Notes under the pieces: model-generated
What the model saw: only the letters and a program-made list of their open reading frames with translations
What the model was told of the DNA's origin: nothing
Databases searched by the model: none
Source of the DNA: Catajapyx aquilonaris
Taxonomy: Eukaryota
Assembly (NCBI GenBank): GCA_000934665.2
Contig: KZ538460.1
Coordinates: 48,914-68,913, forward strand
Direction of reading: 5' to 3'
DNA: 20,000 nucleotides
Translations under genes and position numbers: made by a program
Shown here: piece after piece, positions 1 through 9,625 of the stretch
How the letters are laid out: the number at the start of each line of letters is the position of its first letter
How positions within the stretch are numbered: position 1 is the stretch's first letter

Positions 1-54
1 ACTGCTACGAATTGACAATTGAATATATCCAGATACAAAATATCCCAGTAATAC

Positions 55-184
55 CTTCAATTGCCTTTGGTAGTGACTTTTTGAAGCATTTCTGCTTCTT
101 CTGCAATCTTTCACCAAACATGGGGCCCTCACTTGCTTCACTCTGGGTCCTATTTATCTCACTAGGCTGTGAGCTGTCATGCTG
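55..184 (-). CDS. USP34: Probable USP34 coding exon 7 (QHDSSQPSEINRTQSEASEGPMFGERLQKKQKCFKKSLPKAIE), poorly conserved disordered region
   Basis: Phase-0 tandem acceptor TTTCTTTGAAG|CAG|, an open frame, and a candidate donor GAAG|GTATTA at 55/54. Composition fits the disordered region, but I recognise no homology. Confidence 0.45.
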
Positions 185-415
185 CTTCAAAGAAATAATG
201 TTCCATTAAAATTACATTCACCGAAACAACATGCTACATTCAACAGAATTGCCTATGCATATGCAGTGATTGGCTTAAAGCCATGTTTACATGTGAGCGA
301 TTTATCAGTCATGTAAGAGATCAGTGAAAGTAACAATGGTGGTAACATTATATTTTCGGCCCAAACTGTTAGTCTCATAGCTGCAACATCACTGATAAAT
401 CGCAGTGCATGTAAA

Positions 416-659
416 CAGGGTCCCCTACATGGTTGCCTCCCCCACCCTAACCAGGGTATTGTCTTCACATAGTCCTTACGGGGCGGCCATATTGGAGCTA
501 GATTGCATGCTGCAGGATAGGAAATTGGGAAGCGATTCTTTTTTGTTTTTTTCAACTGTTTTTTTTTTCATATGGTTTTTTCCTATCTGATTTAGCTCCA
601 ATATGGCGGAGAGACAATACCCTGTCTAGGTGGGGGAGGCACTCATGGAGGTGACCCTG
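416..659. mobile_element. Non-autonomous hAT-type MITE with long imperfect TIRs
   Basis: Termini CAGGGTC...GACCCTG, about 50-bp imperfect TIRs, inner IRs (GCCATATTGGAGCTA/TAGCTCCAATATGGC), and a perfect 8-bp TSD CATGTAAA at 408-415 and 660-667. Confidence 0.85.
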
Positions 660-735
660 CATGTAAAAGCAGCTTAATAGGCCTTCCCTCTTTTCCACCA
701 TATACTAGATATTTCTTACTAGTGTATTAATCCTG

Positions 736-1057
736 GGGTGGTGCTTTCCCCCAAATGGTGGTAAATCACATGGACATTTATTTAGTCATATGTGTACATT
801 TGGAACCTATTTTTGAAGCACCCGGGCCCACGGGCAGGATGATAGGAGGGGATGTGCAAAGTGCAGTGCGCGCACTAATATGGGTACATTTTGTGAACTC
901 CCCCGGGTGGATAAGTCTATTGGACATTCCACCCGAGACGAAGTCAGAGACGACCTAAACTCTGCACGAGATGAAGGGGGTGTCCCGGGGCTGGGATCGA
1001 ACCCAGGACCTTAACATCCCTGGGCACGTACGTTACCGCAGCGCCACTCCGCCTCCC
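736..1057 (-). mobile_element. tRNA-derived SINE, family A copy 1
   Basis: Minus-strand head with A box TGGCGCTGCGG and B box GGTTCGATCCC. Homologous to copies at 6727-7074 and 11326-11668. Imperfect ~19-20 bp TSD TTACTAG(T/A)GTATTA(A)TCCTG at 716-735 and 1060-1078. Confidence 0.88.
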
Positions 1058-1307
1058 TTTTACTAGAGTATTATCCTGCTCGCAGCAGATTCGTTGGTCC
1101 AAAACAAGTTAAAGATGTAGAGGGAAGAAATGTGAGCAGACATCTGCCCATATAACCACACAGCAACACACACAACACCCTATTCTAGGGAGATCACCTG
1201 GCAGATGGACCAGCTCATCTTACAAAACTAAAGAGCAGGATGTTGAGCATGATAATCATTACTAGAAAACGAATTTCTAGGTTTTTACCTACTTTGTATT
1301 CCGTAGG

Positions 1308-1650
1308 CAGAATACAGGAACCAAAATATTGATCCCTTTCATAATATGAGGACCTCAAAAATCATAGTTTTATAGAACCTAAAATAGCCTATTTTGGGTG
1401 TTGGAACCTAAATGACCTATTAGTGCCTATTGCACCTTTTTGACACCGTTCTGTAAGATTTTCAAGAGTTTTTGCGGGTTTTCCGTTCAAGGCATCCCTC
1501 CTGCTTCAACCTGCGAACAGCGAAGAAGCCGTCGGCATGCAGGATGAAAAGTAGAAGAAATTTCACTTTTCAAGTATGATCCAGTTACTTCGAGTGACAT
1601 CGAAAGGTCATTTTCAGTGAATTCAGATACGTATTGTTAGATAGGTGTCG
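1308..1650 (+). mobile_element. Internally deleted hAT transposon remnant (CGGBP1-related type)
   Basis: 1554-1619 translates EEISLFKYDPVTSSDIERSFSV, matching the hAT C-terminal dimerisation motif FKYAPxTSxDVERSFS. A frameshifted FRYVLLDRCR follows. Upstream are a CAG start and repeated ACCTA/GCCTA subterminal motifs. Confidence 0.65.
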
Positions 1651-1684
1651 GGCGAATGTGCATCAGGCGAATTGGTATGATACC

Positions 1685-1957
1685 CTTGCCATTGACGTCA
1701 TCGTTTCGCTTACCAACACATAGTCAACAGAAATCTGCCGAAAGCATCCCTGGAACCTCCCACTTTTCAAGTTTTCATGGAGATGCCCTCATGCAACAAT
1801 GGTAGTAAATAGAGTTCTTTTTGTTGACACTGTTTACTCTTATTGCTGTGTGAGGGCATCTCCATGGAAACTTGAAAAGTGGGAGGTTCCAGGGATGCTT
1901 TCGGCAGATTTCCATTGATTAGGAGTCTGTAAACAGAACAATGATGTCAGCGGCAAG
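1685..1957. repeat. Long foldback palindrome without TSD
   Basis: Arms 1731-1791 and 1851-1911 are 60/61 complementary. Outer arms 1685-1730 and 1912-1957 are 32/46. An imperfect inner stem closes a short loop. Confidence 0.92.
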
Positions 1958-2550
1958 TTAGGCTGGGCCGACTATAGTATACATAATTACAATGCTCTTT
2001 GATGTTGTTCAAAAAACATTCTTGGTAATTTATCCCCATAAATGAGTTGAAAAGCATTCTTACAGAAGGAAGCTATTTCGCCATCAATAGCCTACAATTC
2101 TGCCAACACTTGCCTATGCTATGAGTGGCTTCATTGCGTTATGATTGGCATGCACAATCACACCAATGCTACTTTTCCAGTACTTTTGATGCTAACACGT
2201 TTATTTCCACCAGTTACGTGAAGTAGCCATATCTACACAATTTGTTGCAGTAACTAGTTGCAAGCGATCACCATATTCTTGTCAAAAATCAGGCCCGCCC
2301 AGAGCAGCAGTACCTAACCATTCAGTGCACATCATAAGTCATATTATTTGTTTTCATAGTGAATTTGCAGCATGAAAGCTGCTAAAGATATTTGTTAATA
2401 CATTTTGAGAGTCAAACCTGCAAAAATATATGGAATTGGGCGATTCTAGACCAGTGAACACACAAAAGTAAAGAACTCTAAACTAGTCTTATGTAATACT
2501 TAACAACATTACACAGCCCACCCTAATCGAGGCCTTATGACCATCCTCAC

Positions 2551-2772
2551 CTGCTCTTCTTCCTCTTCTTCATCTTCCTCCTCTTCTTCTTCAGAATTAC
2601 TGGCTTCCATGCTCACACTATTCTCACTACTGCTATATTCTTGCCTTGAGCCTTTAAACTTGTCAGACTGACTTTTCAGAAGAGCCATGTTGGGAGACTC
2701 CCGAAGGATTTGGCAATACGAGTCCCCATTGGTCCAGATCAATTTGATCAAAGATGATGCCAGGTATAAACT
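2551..2772 (-). CDS. USP34: USP34 coding exon 6 (SLYLASSLIKLIW...SSSENSVSMEASNS-polyE-Q)
   Basis: Acceptor TTTTTTAAG|AGT and donor CAG|GTGAGG; 222 nt, phase 0-0. SLYLASSLIKLIW matches TLYLASMLIKALW. It ends in a Ser/acidic low-complexity tract (poly-Glu 2554-2592). Confidence 0.88.
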
Positions 2773-2848
2773 CTTAAAAAATCAATCAAGATACTAAATC
2801 CAATTCAAATTGCTGGCACAAGTACAAACTTGTAGAACGATTCCTTAC

Positions 2849-3067
2849 CTGCTCTGTATGTTCCCTGGGTTCCAGAGCACACAGAAGCTGATATAGATGT
2901 AAAAGTGGCCCAGCTTCCAGATTCTTGATCAGAGGAGGTAAGAGGTCAAAAACTTGCTTACTGCAATGCTTCAGCTGAGCAGATTGCCATATCACATGAA
3001 TGTGATCATTTGTTATTTTTCCTTCCATTGCTAAGAAGCTCAGGATCACATGACTTTGCTTGATAAC
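2849..3067 (-). CDS. USP34: USP34 coding exon 5 (VIKQSHVILSFLAMEGK...AQLKHCS...LEPREHTEQ)
   Basis: Acceptor ATTCTTAACAG| and donor CAG|GTAAGG; 219 nt, phase 0-0. Matches USP34 IIKQCQVILNFLAAEG and AQLKHCS. Confidence 0.95.
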
Positions 3068-3145
3068 CTGTTAAGAATAGAATCCCATTCCTCACATATT
3101 CTTTGGAAATGAGTGAGAAAAGAAAATAGACAAAATAAGAATAAC

Positions 3146-3417
3146 CTCCACATGCAGATTGGGGCCAAATATATGCTCAATGACTTGGTTTTTTAGCAAC
3201 CACTCTGCCAGATTTCGCCCAACACCATCAGCCTCCAGGATAGCCTCATTGTTACATAGCTCACTGTACATATTGATGTGGTTGTTTATCTGAGACACAC
3301 CAGACAATCGCATAGTGAGGGTTGTGCTGGTGAAGTACTTGAAGGCCAGGTCCAGTCCATCCTTATCAAAGGTGAGTGGAGCATCAAGGGGGTCTTTGAC
3401 AGCAGTCCACATGAATT
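3146..3417 (-). CDS. USP34: USP34 coding exon 4 (EFMWTAVKDPLD...LDLAFKYFTSTTLTMRL...EHIFGPNLHVE)
   Basis: Acceptor TTTCAATACAG|AA and donor GAG|GTTATT; 272 nt, phase 1 to phase 0. Near-identical to USP34 LDLAFKYFMSPTLTMRL and EHIFGPNLHIE. Confidence 0.95.
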
Positions 3418-3487
3418 CTGTATTGAAACACAATTATTGGAACCAAACCAATAATATGCATGTTGTTTACTGGAAAATTGCTCTTAC

Positions 3488-4173
3488 CTGCCATACTCTT
3501 GATTCCAGGGGCACGGAGATCCTTGTCAGCCAATTTGCACATATATCGTAAAACTTTAGAGCGAAGGGGGATGAACAGCTGAATGATAGATCTGTAGTTC
3601 AGCCAGAGCTTCACGTTGGATATCACACCAACTATAGCATGGGCTAGGGAAACTAGCAGTATGTCAGGATTCTGGTCCTCAAAGCATGCAGTCATGGCAT
3701 GAATCCCCCCACTTTTACAGAACAGGCACACATTACGGAGGAGGTACACAGGAATTTCAGGGTCATGAATATCACAGAACACGCTGAGTGAGGAAGCCTC
3801 TTGTTGGGATACCTCGTCATACTTGGAGTGCACACTATGCTTGTAAGCCACATAGAGGGGGAAATTGAGGAGAAACACTTTTGATACCAAATGCAGCAAA
3901 CGCTCCTTTTCTTCCAAGCTCCACACTTCTCCTGCTTTGGCACCACACTCACTCTCCTCTTCTTTCAACTTATTTTCTCTCTCATCCTTATTGGCTATAT
4001 CAGTCTTTCCAATATCTCCCCTTCCATCAAGTTTCTGAAGCTTGCGATCCTCAGCCTTCCCAAGCTGCTCCGGAATGGCCTTTAGCTGAGCAACAGCCAA
4101 GCAGACAAGGCTTTGTGTAATCAGATGAAAGCGATCAAAATTTTTGCTGTCCTTGAAGCAGCAGGAACATTGC
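3488..4173 (-). CDS. USP34: USP34 coding exon 3 (RQCSCCFKD...WSLEEKERLL...FPLYVAYKH...LRAPGIKSMA)
   Basis: Acceptor TTCTTTCTCATAG|G and donor CAG|GTAAGA; 686 nt, phase 2 to phase 1. Strong similarity to USP34 motifs QCLCCFKE, WSTDEKEKLL, FPLYTAYKH and YLCKLSDQELR. Confidence 0.95.
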
Positions 4174-4495
4174 CTATGAGAAAGAAGCACAAAATGAATA
4201 ATTACGTATACATAAGCAACTGAGACTCAATGGAATGAAAACACAGGGCAAGTGACCAATGATTGCCCATGCACAGGTATTCAAGCACAAGTTCAAACTT
4301 GTACTCATAATCAAATATTCATTGTATCATATGTCCTGTGTAACTAAAAGTCGCTCATAATATACAAGCACATTTTACTTCATCAATATACAGTGATTGG
4401 TGTTCCAACCGTAAATCATGGAGGAATTATTAGGCCAGTTTCCTGTTGATGGGGAAAGGAGGGGGTCACTTGAAAAGTCACAGATTAGCTGCTGG

Positions 4496-4650
4496 GTACA
4501 GTGTTTGGACATTAATCGAGGCTTACTGCTAGCAACATTTTCCGAAGCAGCAGAAGAAGGAATCAAAGATAAGGATACTGCAAGCAGGGCGAGCAAGATT
4601 CCTTCTTCTGCCACTTCGGAAAATGCCTTGATTAATGTCCAACAGTGTAC
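4496..4650. repeat. Foldback palindrome without TSD
   Basis: Inner arms 4536-4564 and 4597-4625 are 27/29 complementary. Outer arms are GTACAGTGTTTGGACATTAATCGAGG and CCTTGATTAATGTCCAACAGTGTAC. Confidence 0.85.
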
Positions 4651-4951
4651 TACATCAGGTCGAATCCAAGTCTGCATGGGTTCAAAGGTCACCTCATCAT
4701 TGTGGACTCACCTTCCGTAAATCCCACAAGGCTGGCACCAAGGCACCATCAGTAATACCTAATACCCTATTTCTCATAACGTGATGCTCAATATTCCCAT
4801 TCATCAATGTCATTCATTAACCCTCAGAGCCCGGCAAGTCAATGGCAGGTACTACCGAGAAAGCCAACAAGCCTTTTCGGGAGTTTTTAAACTTTTTAGT
4901 CAAGTCCTTGTGACCCCAAAACAATGTTACAATGAAAGATTATATAGGAAA

Positions 4952-5057
4952 GTTATACACCAATATTACCTAAGACTTGGAGTTTTTCAGAAAAAATTAA
5001 AATTATGCAAATTTTTTCTGAAAAGCTCCAAGTCTTATGTCAACATTGGTGTATAAC
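4952..5057. repeat. Foldback palindrome without TSD
   Basis: GTTATACACCAAT...TAAGACTTGGAGTTTTTCAGAAAAAATT pairs with AATTTTTTCTGAAAAGCTCCAAGTCTTA...ATTGGTGTATAAC; the core is 27/28 with a loop of about 10 nt. Confidence 0.9.
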
Positions 5058-6726
5058 CATTTTGAATCTATAATCCTGTGTCATGCATGGATGGAAAGCA
5101 ATATTGAAACCCACATTTCTCAAGTTAAAAATCATGAAAACTCAGCCAAATTTCTCTGACTGATAGTCTATACCCCTCATTTACAAATTGAATCAATAAA
5201 TATAACACGATTGAAACATTTTGGAGTAACCCACCCGAACGAACCCGACCCAACAGGTGCACATGCACTGCTTTGAAAGTAGGGGCGGGAAGAGCCTGCC
5301 TACCTAGGCGGAAACCATCTGCTTGGTGCGCCGCCAAGATGGAAAGCCAAAGTCACAGACACGTTGCCCTCTGTTGTTAAAAAAAAATAAAGATGCCTAC
5401 ATTTCATCTGGAAGCACGTGGTGTTGATCTAAAGTCACACAACCCAGCCATCGGCCTGCCGATCTCCAAGAGTTAAACACTCACCTTCCATTTGTCTGAG
5501 TCTGTTGATCATCCCTGTGCAACCAATATGTTTCCTAGTTTCAGTGTTGAACGTATATTCCATTCATTGAATATCCTTTAGTACCTCGTACGTAATTTCA
5601 TTCAGTGAACTATTATTATGCAAATTCCCTGCCAGGTACCCCCGCGAGCATAAAGATGGAGACGGCAGGCCCTTTTTTGACATTTCTTTATTCGACTCAA
5701 ATTAATGAACTCTTTTTGGACCGAGTTAGCTGCTTCAGGCGTGTGTTCGTTTAAAAGACTCACATCCAGCCTCATATCTCACTGGGCAGACATACTCTAA
5801 CTCCAACTACCGACTCATGGTGCTTTGAAGTCTGACTTAAGCCTTAGGAGTAAGCCTGTTTCCATAGCAGTCTTTCAGCCATGGTTAGGAGTTAGGAATA
5901 GCACTGAGGAGCAAGTGAGGGACACAGAAGCATAGCAAATGTAAGGTAATACGAATTCAATTTCCATAAATCAAGTTTCTATATCACTAACAATAAGTAC
6001 TACATAGCTTGAACCGCTGGCAATTATTTACTATGGAATTTATGCCATTTTTGGCCTCCACAAGTCAGTAGTTTGTGCCAGATTCAGGTAGGTTTTTCCT
6101 AAGAGCTCAAGGCAGACCAAAACTTGTGGACTAAATCACGAGTGACATATTCCTTCCAAACAGAAATTAAAAAGTTGGCAAATATTTCCTTGTGGAATAC
6201 GAGCTGAGCTACCGCTCCATCTCAAATACACCAGACACTCTCCCTGCAAAAATCACAGTGTTTCCTAGTGCAATATGAAGGTACTAGCAACACTTGTCCT
6301 AGTTATTACACATATGGATTGCACTTGTTTGGAATTGTGATGCGTTAATAATAGACTGTTGTGGTTGTTATGAAGAACGAACAGGGAGGAAGATAGAATG
6401 TCCGAGTAGGGGGTAGTTGAAATTTATTAGTTGGTATAGACTATAGAGGAAGCTACAATTTTGAGGGTTGAGAAGAGAGTGACTAAAAAGTTTGTGTTTA
6501 AGAAAGAGTGGAATCAACAGTAGAAGTTAATCAGAAAAACGGCATTCACATCATTCAGAGGGGGGCTGGTGACAAGATGTGATTGCCTAAGAATGCATCC
6601 TACATACCTTTTCACCCCTAAGAGGGTCCAGCCATACAGTATGTTATGTCATGCTGGCCATAGGAAGCAAGAGTCACAAATATCAAGCCATTAATCCTAC
6701 CAGTTAACATTACTTGTAATAATGAC

Positions 6727-7074
6727 TTTTTTTTTCTTTTTTTTAAAGATTTACCCCGTGATGACCTGTTGGGTCTATAGAGGGTGGTGGATTACCACCA
6801 TTGGTATTTGTTTTTTGGAGCGAGTTAAGAATAATCTTATTAGTATACTCCAAGGTAGTTAGGAGGGGATGTGCAAAGTGCATGTGCGCTGTCGTTAATT
6901 GGTCATTTTGTGAACTCCCCCGGGTGGCTTAGTCTATCGGAAATTGCCACCCGAAACGAAGCCAGAGATGGCCCAACTCTGCACGAAAGAAGGTGGGAAC
7001 CCTGGGTGGGGATTGAACCCGGGACCTTAACTTCCGTGGGCGCGCGCGTTACCACGGCGCCACTCCGTCTCCCC
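6727..7074 (-). mobile_element. tRNA-derived SINE, family A copy 2 (different 3' tail, poly-A)
   Basis: Same head and core as copies 1 and 3. Poly-T at 6727-6744 is a poly-A tail on the minus strand. Perfect 12-bp TSD TGTAATAATGAC at 6715-6726 and 7075-7086. Confidence 0.92.
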
Positions 7075-8602
7075 TGTAATAATGACATTTCAGCATAGTG
7101 TTGCCACCGTGGGCTTTTCACAGCACACTGCGGATATGCAAGTAAGAACTTTTCCTCTCCATTATTAATGTGTCAGAGAACTGTGCAACATTACACATAC
7201 AGCATTGCGCTACAAAAAGTGCAAGATATTGCAAGAATTCAGCCTAATGACATTCACAAACCATCACTGAACCTCAGATGTGCATGGTTGTGGTGACACC
7301 ATTGTGCTGACTAAATATTTTTGTGAAACTCAAGTATACTACGTGCAGCTTTCCCATTTGTGTGGGTCTGTAGTAAGAGAATGGTGCTTAATGTTAAGGA
7401 TAGTTTTAAGCCGGCATTGTCATCAGCAGTCAAGATTTTTCACATCCTATCAGAGAATTCTACGAATAATTCTACGAAATAATTGTAAATAATTTTGGAA
7501 CGGCCCTCATATTAGTAGGTAGTGGTCTAAACTTTTACATGGTACTGTACCTCATTTAAAATGCTCTTGTTAAACCAAATTAAATTGTACAAAATTCATT
7601 TTAAATGCAACGACGCTCAGATTTTGTTGTGATGGAAGTATACTTCCCGATATATTAATATTGGAGGGAGTGAGGACATCAGTCAGAACTTTTAACGTCA
7701 AGAGTACATAATGCTGATTTTACAATGCGAGTCTATTGAAAACCAATGTCACGTAGTAATTCATGTTACTGTGAAAAGTTGCAGTAGTCGTAGGCCTCAC
7801 ACATCAGTATTGATCAAATTAAGTCATTAAGAGAGTGGAAAGCCACATACTACCGTCCCTGACCCGTTCTTTTGTGTATCCTCAGTGGCTGGAGCTAGTG
7901 GCTTCTCCATGCATGATGTCTTTGGCAGAAGTCAAAGACTGATAAAGTGCCTTTTAAGGTGTAGCACACACAGCTGCATTCTATGCGACCCTTTTGTGTG
8001 TCAACTATTTCTCGCCTGGTGCTGTTCAGTGATTTTTGGGAGTGCAAACCTGCCCACTGCATTACATGTTGTCTGCCATATGCCAAATTTTTAATCTATA
8101 GACTAACCTAACCTGCCTCTCCTACCATGCTTAATCATAACTGACTCATCCATGTGGCCCACAGTAGTACATGATCCTACTGATCTTCCTGTCATGGACA
8201 GTTCCATGAATTTACCCCATTTGCATTTTTCAGCTTGGAAAAACAGCATATTAGGATATAATTGGCAGAAAAGCGGTCAATTCATGCTTCTAAACTGCCC
8301 CTTATTGACAGTTTCGCACCATGAAAAGGTATTTCCACACTCATGAGACTTGACACAAAGCAGAGTCTGTGAAGTTGTGTTCTTAGTAAATCAATCTGCC
8401 TTCAGGCTGGGGCAGAACAGTAATCAACAATGGGGTGACACACCGAAACTGCCAACGCATCATCAAAACCCATGAGTACATTTACTTAGTATTTGCCACC
8501 ACAGTCTAAAGTCATTCACCTATTGGAGTTATACCTGCTCTCACAAAACACACTTCTGAAGTAAAGAAAAGGAACACGTGTACAAAAATTGAATCCCATT
8601 AC

Positions 8603-8705
8603 CTTTGAGACCATGCTTGCAGGTACAGGAATACCTTCTCCACCTGCTCCTTTTTCAGCAGCGGCTTCTCCTCGTCACCACTGTCCTGCGCTAGCTGGGT
8701 CTCAT
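8603..8705 (-). CDS. USP34: USP34 coding exon 2 (NETQLAQDSGDEEKPLLKKEQVEKVFLYLQAWSQR)
   Basis: Acceptor GTTTCAG|ATGAG and donor AAG|GTAATG (phase 2). LKKEQVEKVFLYLQAWSQR matches human LRKEHTLKIFTYINSWTQR. Confidence 0.88.
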
Positions 8706-8768
8706 CTGAAACCACGTCAAATGTAGAGTCACCATCCCATCCTAGTATCCCCAAAATGCCCCACTTAC

Positions 8769-8811
8769 TCTGCAGCAGAAGGTCCAGCAAGTCCTTACAG
8801 GAGTCACACAT
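8769..8811 (-). CDS. USP34: USP34 coding exon 1 (MCDSCKDLLDLLLQ + 1 nt)
   Basis: ATG at 8811-8809. The peptide resembles the human USP34 N-terminus MCENCADLVEVLNE (recalled). It is followed by a canonical donor CAGA|GTAAGT in phase 1. Confidence 0.85.
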
Positions 8812-8819
8812 GTCTTCCA

Positions 8820-9500
8820 AAAAAACAGCAGGGGCTCTCAGGCACTTGGGCTGGACATAAGATACAGAACACAGGCGGCCATTTTCCCAAGAAACACGGC
8901 TGGTTTAAAGGCGCCGGGTTCCCTCGTTCCAGAAACCCACACCAGCCCTACCACCACCTTTTCTTCCCCACACCCACCCCTGGGAAACAGTGTTCTAAAA
9001 GGTCCACACCTGGGTTAAGCAAAAGTACACACTCCAATCGAACTCGCGCTGATGTCTGGCTATCACGGATGCAATCGTAGGACGGGATAACGCCAGTTCA
9101 GCTGGCTGGCACAGGCTATAACACTGTCGAAATGCCATTCGCCATGGCACTCCACTGGTGCTTCCAGCTCCGATACTCCTGCCTGCTGCTGCTGTAGTGC
9201 TGTACTGCGCATGCGCTCACACTTCATGGCCGCCCCCTCAAAACTCACCCACCAGCACCCACCCAACCCCCTCTCTCCCTTCGACCCTTCCGTAACGGAC
9301 TTTCGCTCTTCTTGTTCTCCGTGTTCTCCGTTCGTTTCGCTTGCGTGCCATCACACCATCATCACACTGTACGCCGCCTGAACACACCCATGTACTCCCA
9401 CTCTGCCGGCCATTATTCACATCACCAAGGAACACCCACCAGGATACTTGCGTACATACGCGTACATATTATCACTCGCTCTTGCATGACGTAATTTTAG
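8820..9500 (-). promoter_or_regulatory. CpG-rich promoter/5'UTR region of USP34 with NRF1/Erect-wing-type and YY1/Pho-type motifs
   Basis: Locally higher GC and CpG content directly upstream of the ATG. TGCGCATGCGC at 9206-9216 and GGCGGCCATTTT at 8874-8885. The TSS cannot be placed from sequence alone. Confidence 0.6.
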
Positions 9501-9625
9501 CGATCATATTAGTTATTACTAAGAATGTATGTTGTTAGTTTTTTAAAAATCAGGTACGATTTATGCGGGGTTCAGAAGTGTTTTGTTACTGAGAGGGAAT
9601 TGCGGGAATTGGAATGGGGAAATAT

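Noticed and set aside
985..1057. tRNA-like sequences here and at about 7000-7074, 11595-11668 and 18400-18474
   Set aside because: They are SINE heads (A/B boxes followed by body, tail and TSD), not tRNA genes.
2355..2430. Acceptor-like TTTTTGCAG at 2418 as an extra USP34 exon
   Set aside because: All three frames soon hit stops (phase 0 reads GTT TGA).
3068..3145. Possible U12-type intron (TTCTTAAC near the acceptor)
   Set aside because: The donor is GTTATT rather than RTATCCTT, and the motif abuts the AG, too close for a U12 branch point.
3315..4120. Antisense and alternative-frame ORFs over USP34 exons 3-4
   Set aside because: Shadow ORFs of the true coding frame.
4375..4720. Overlapping ~100-aa ORFs on both strands
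   Set aside because: They span a DNA palindrome within an intron and show no protein family resemblance.
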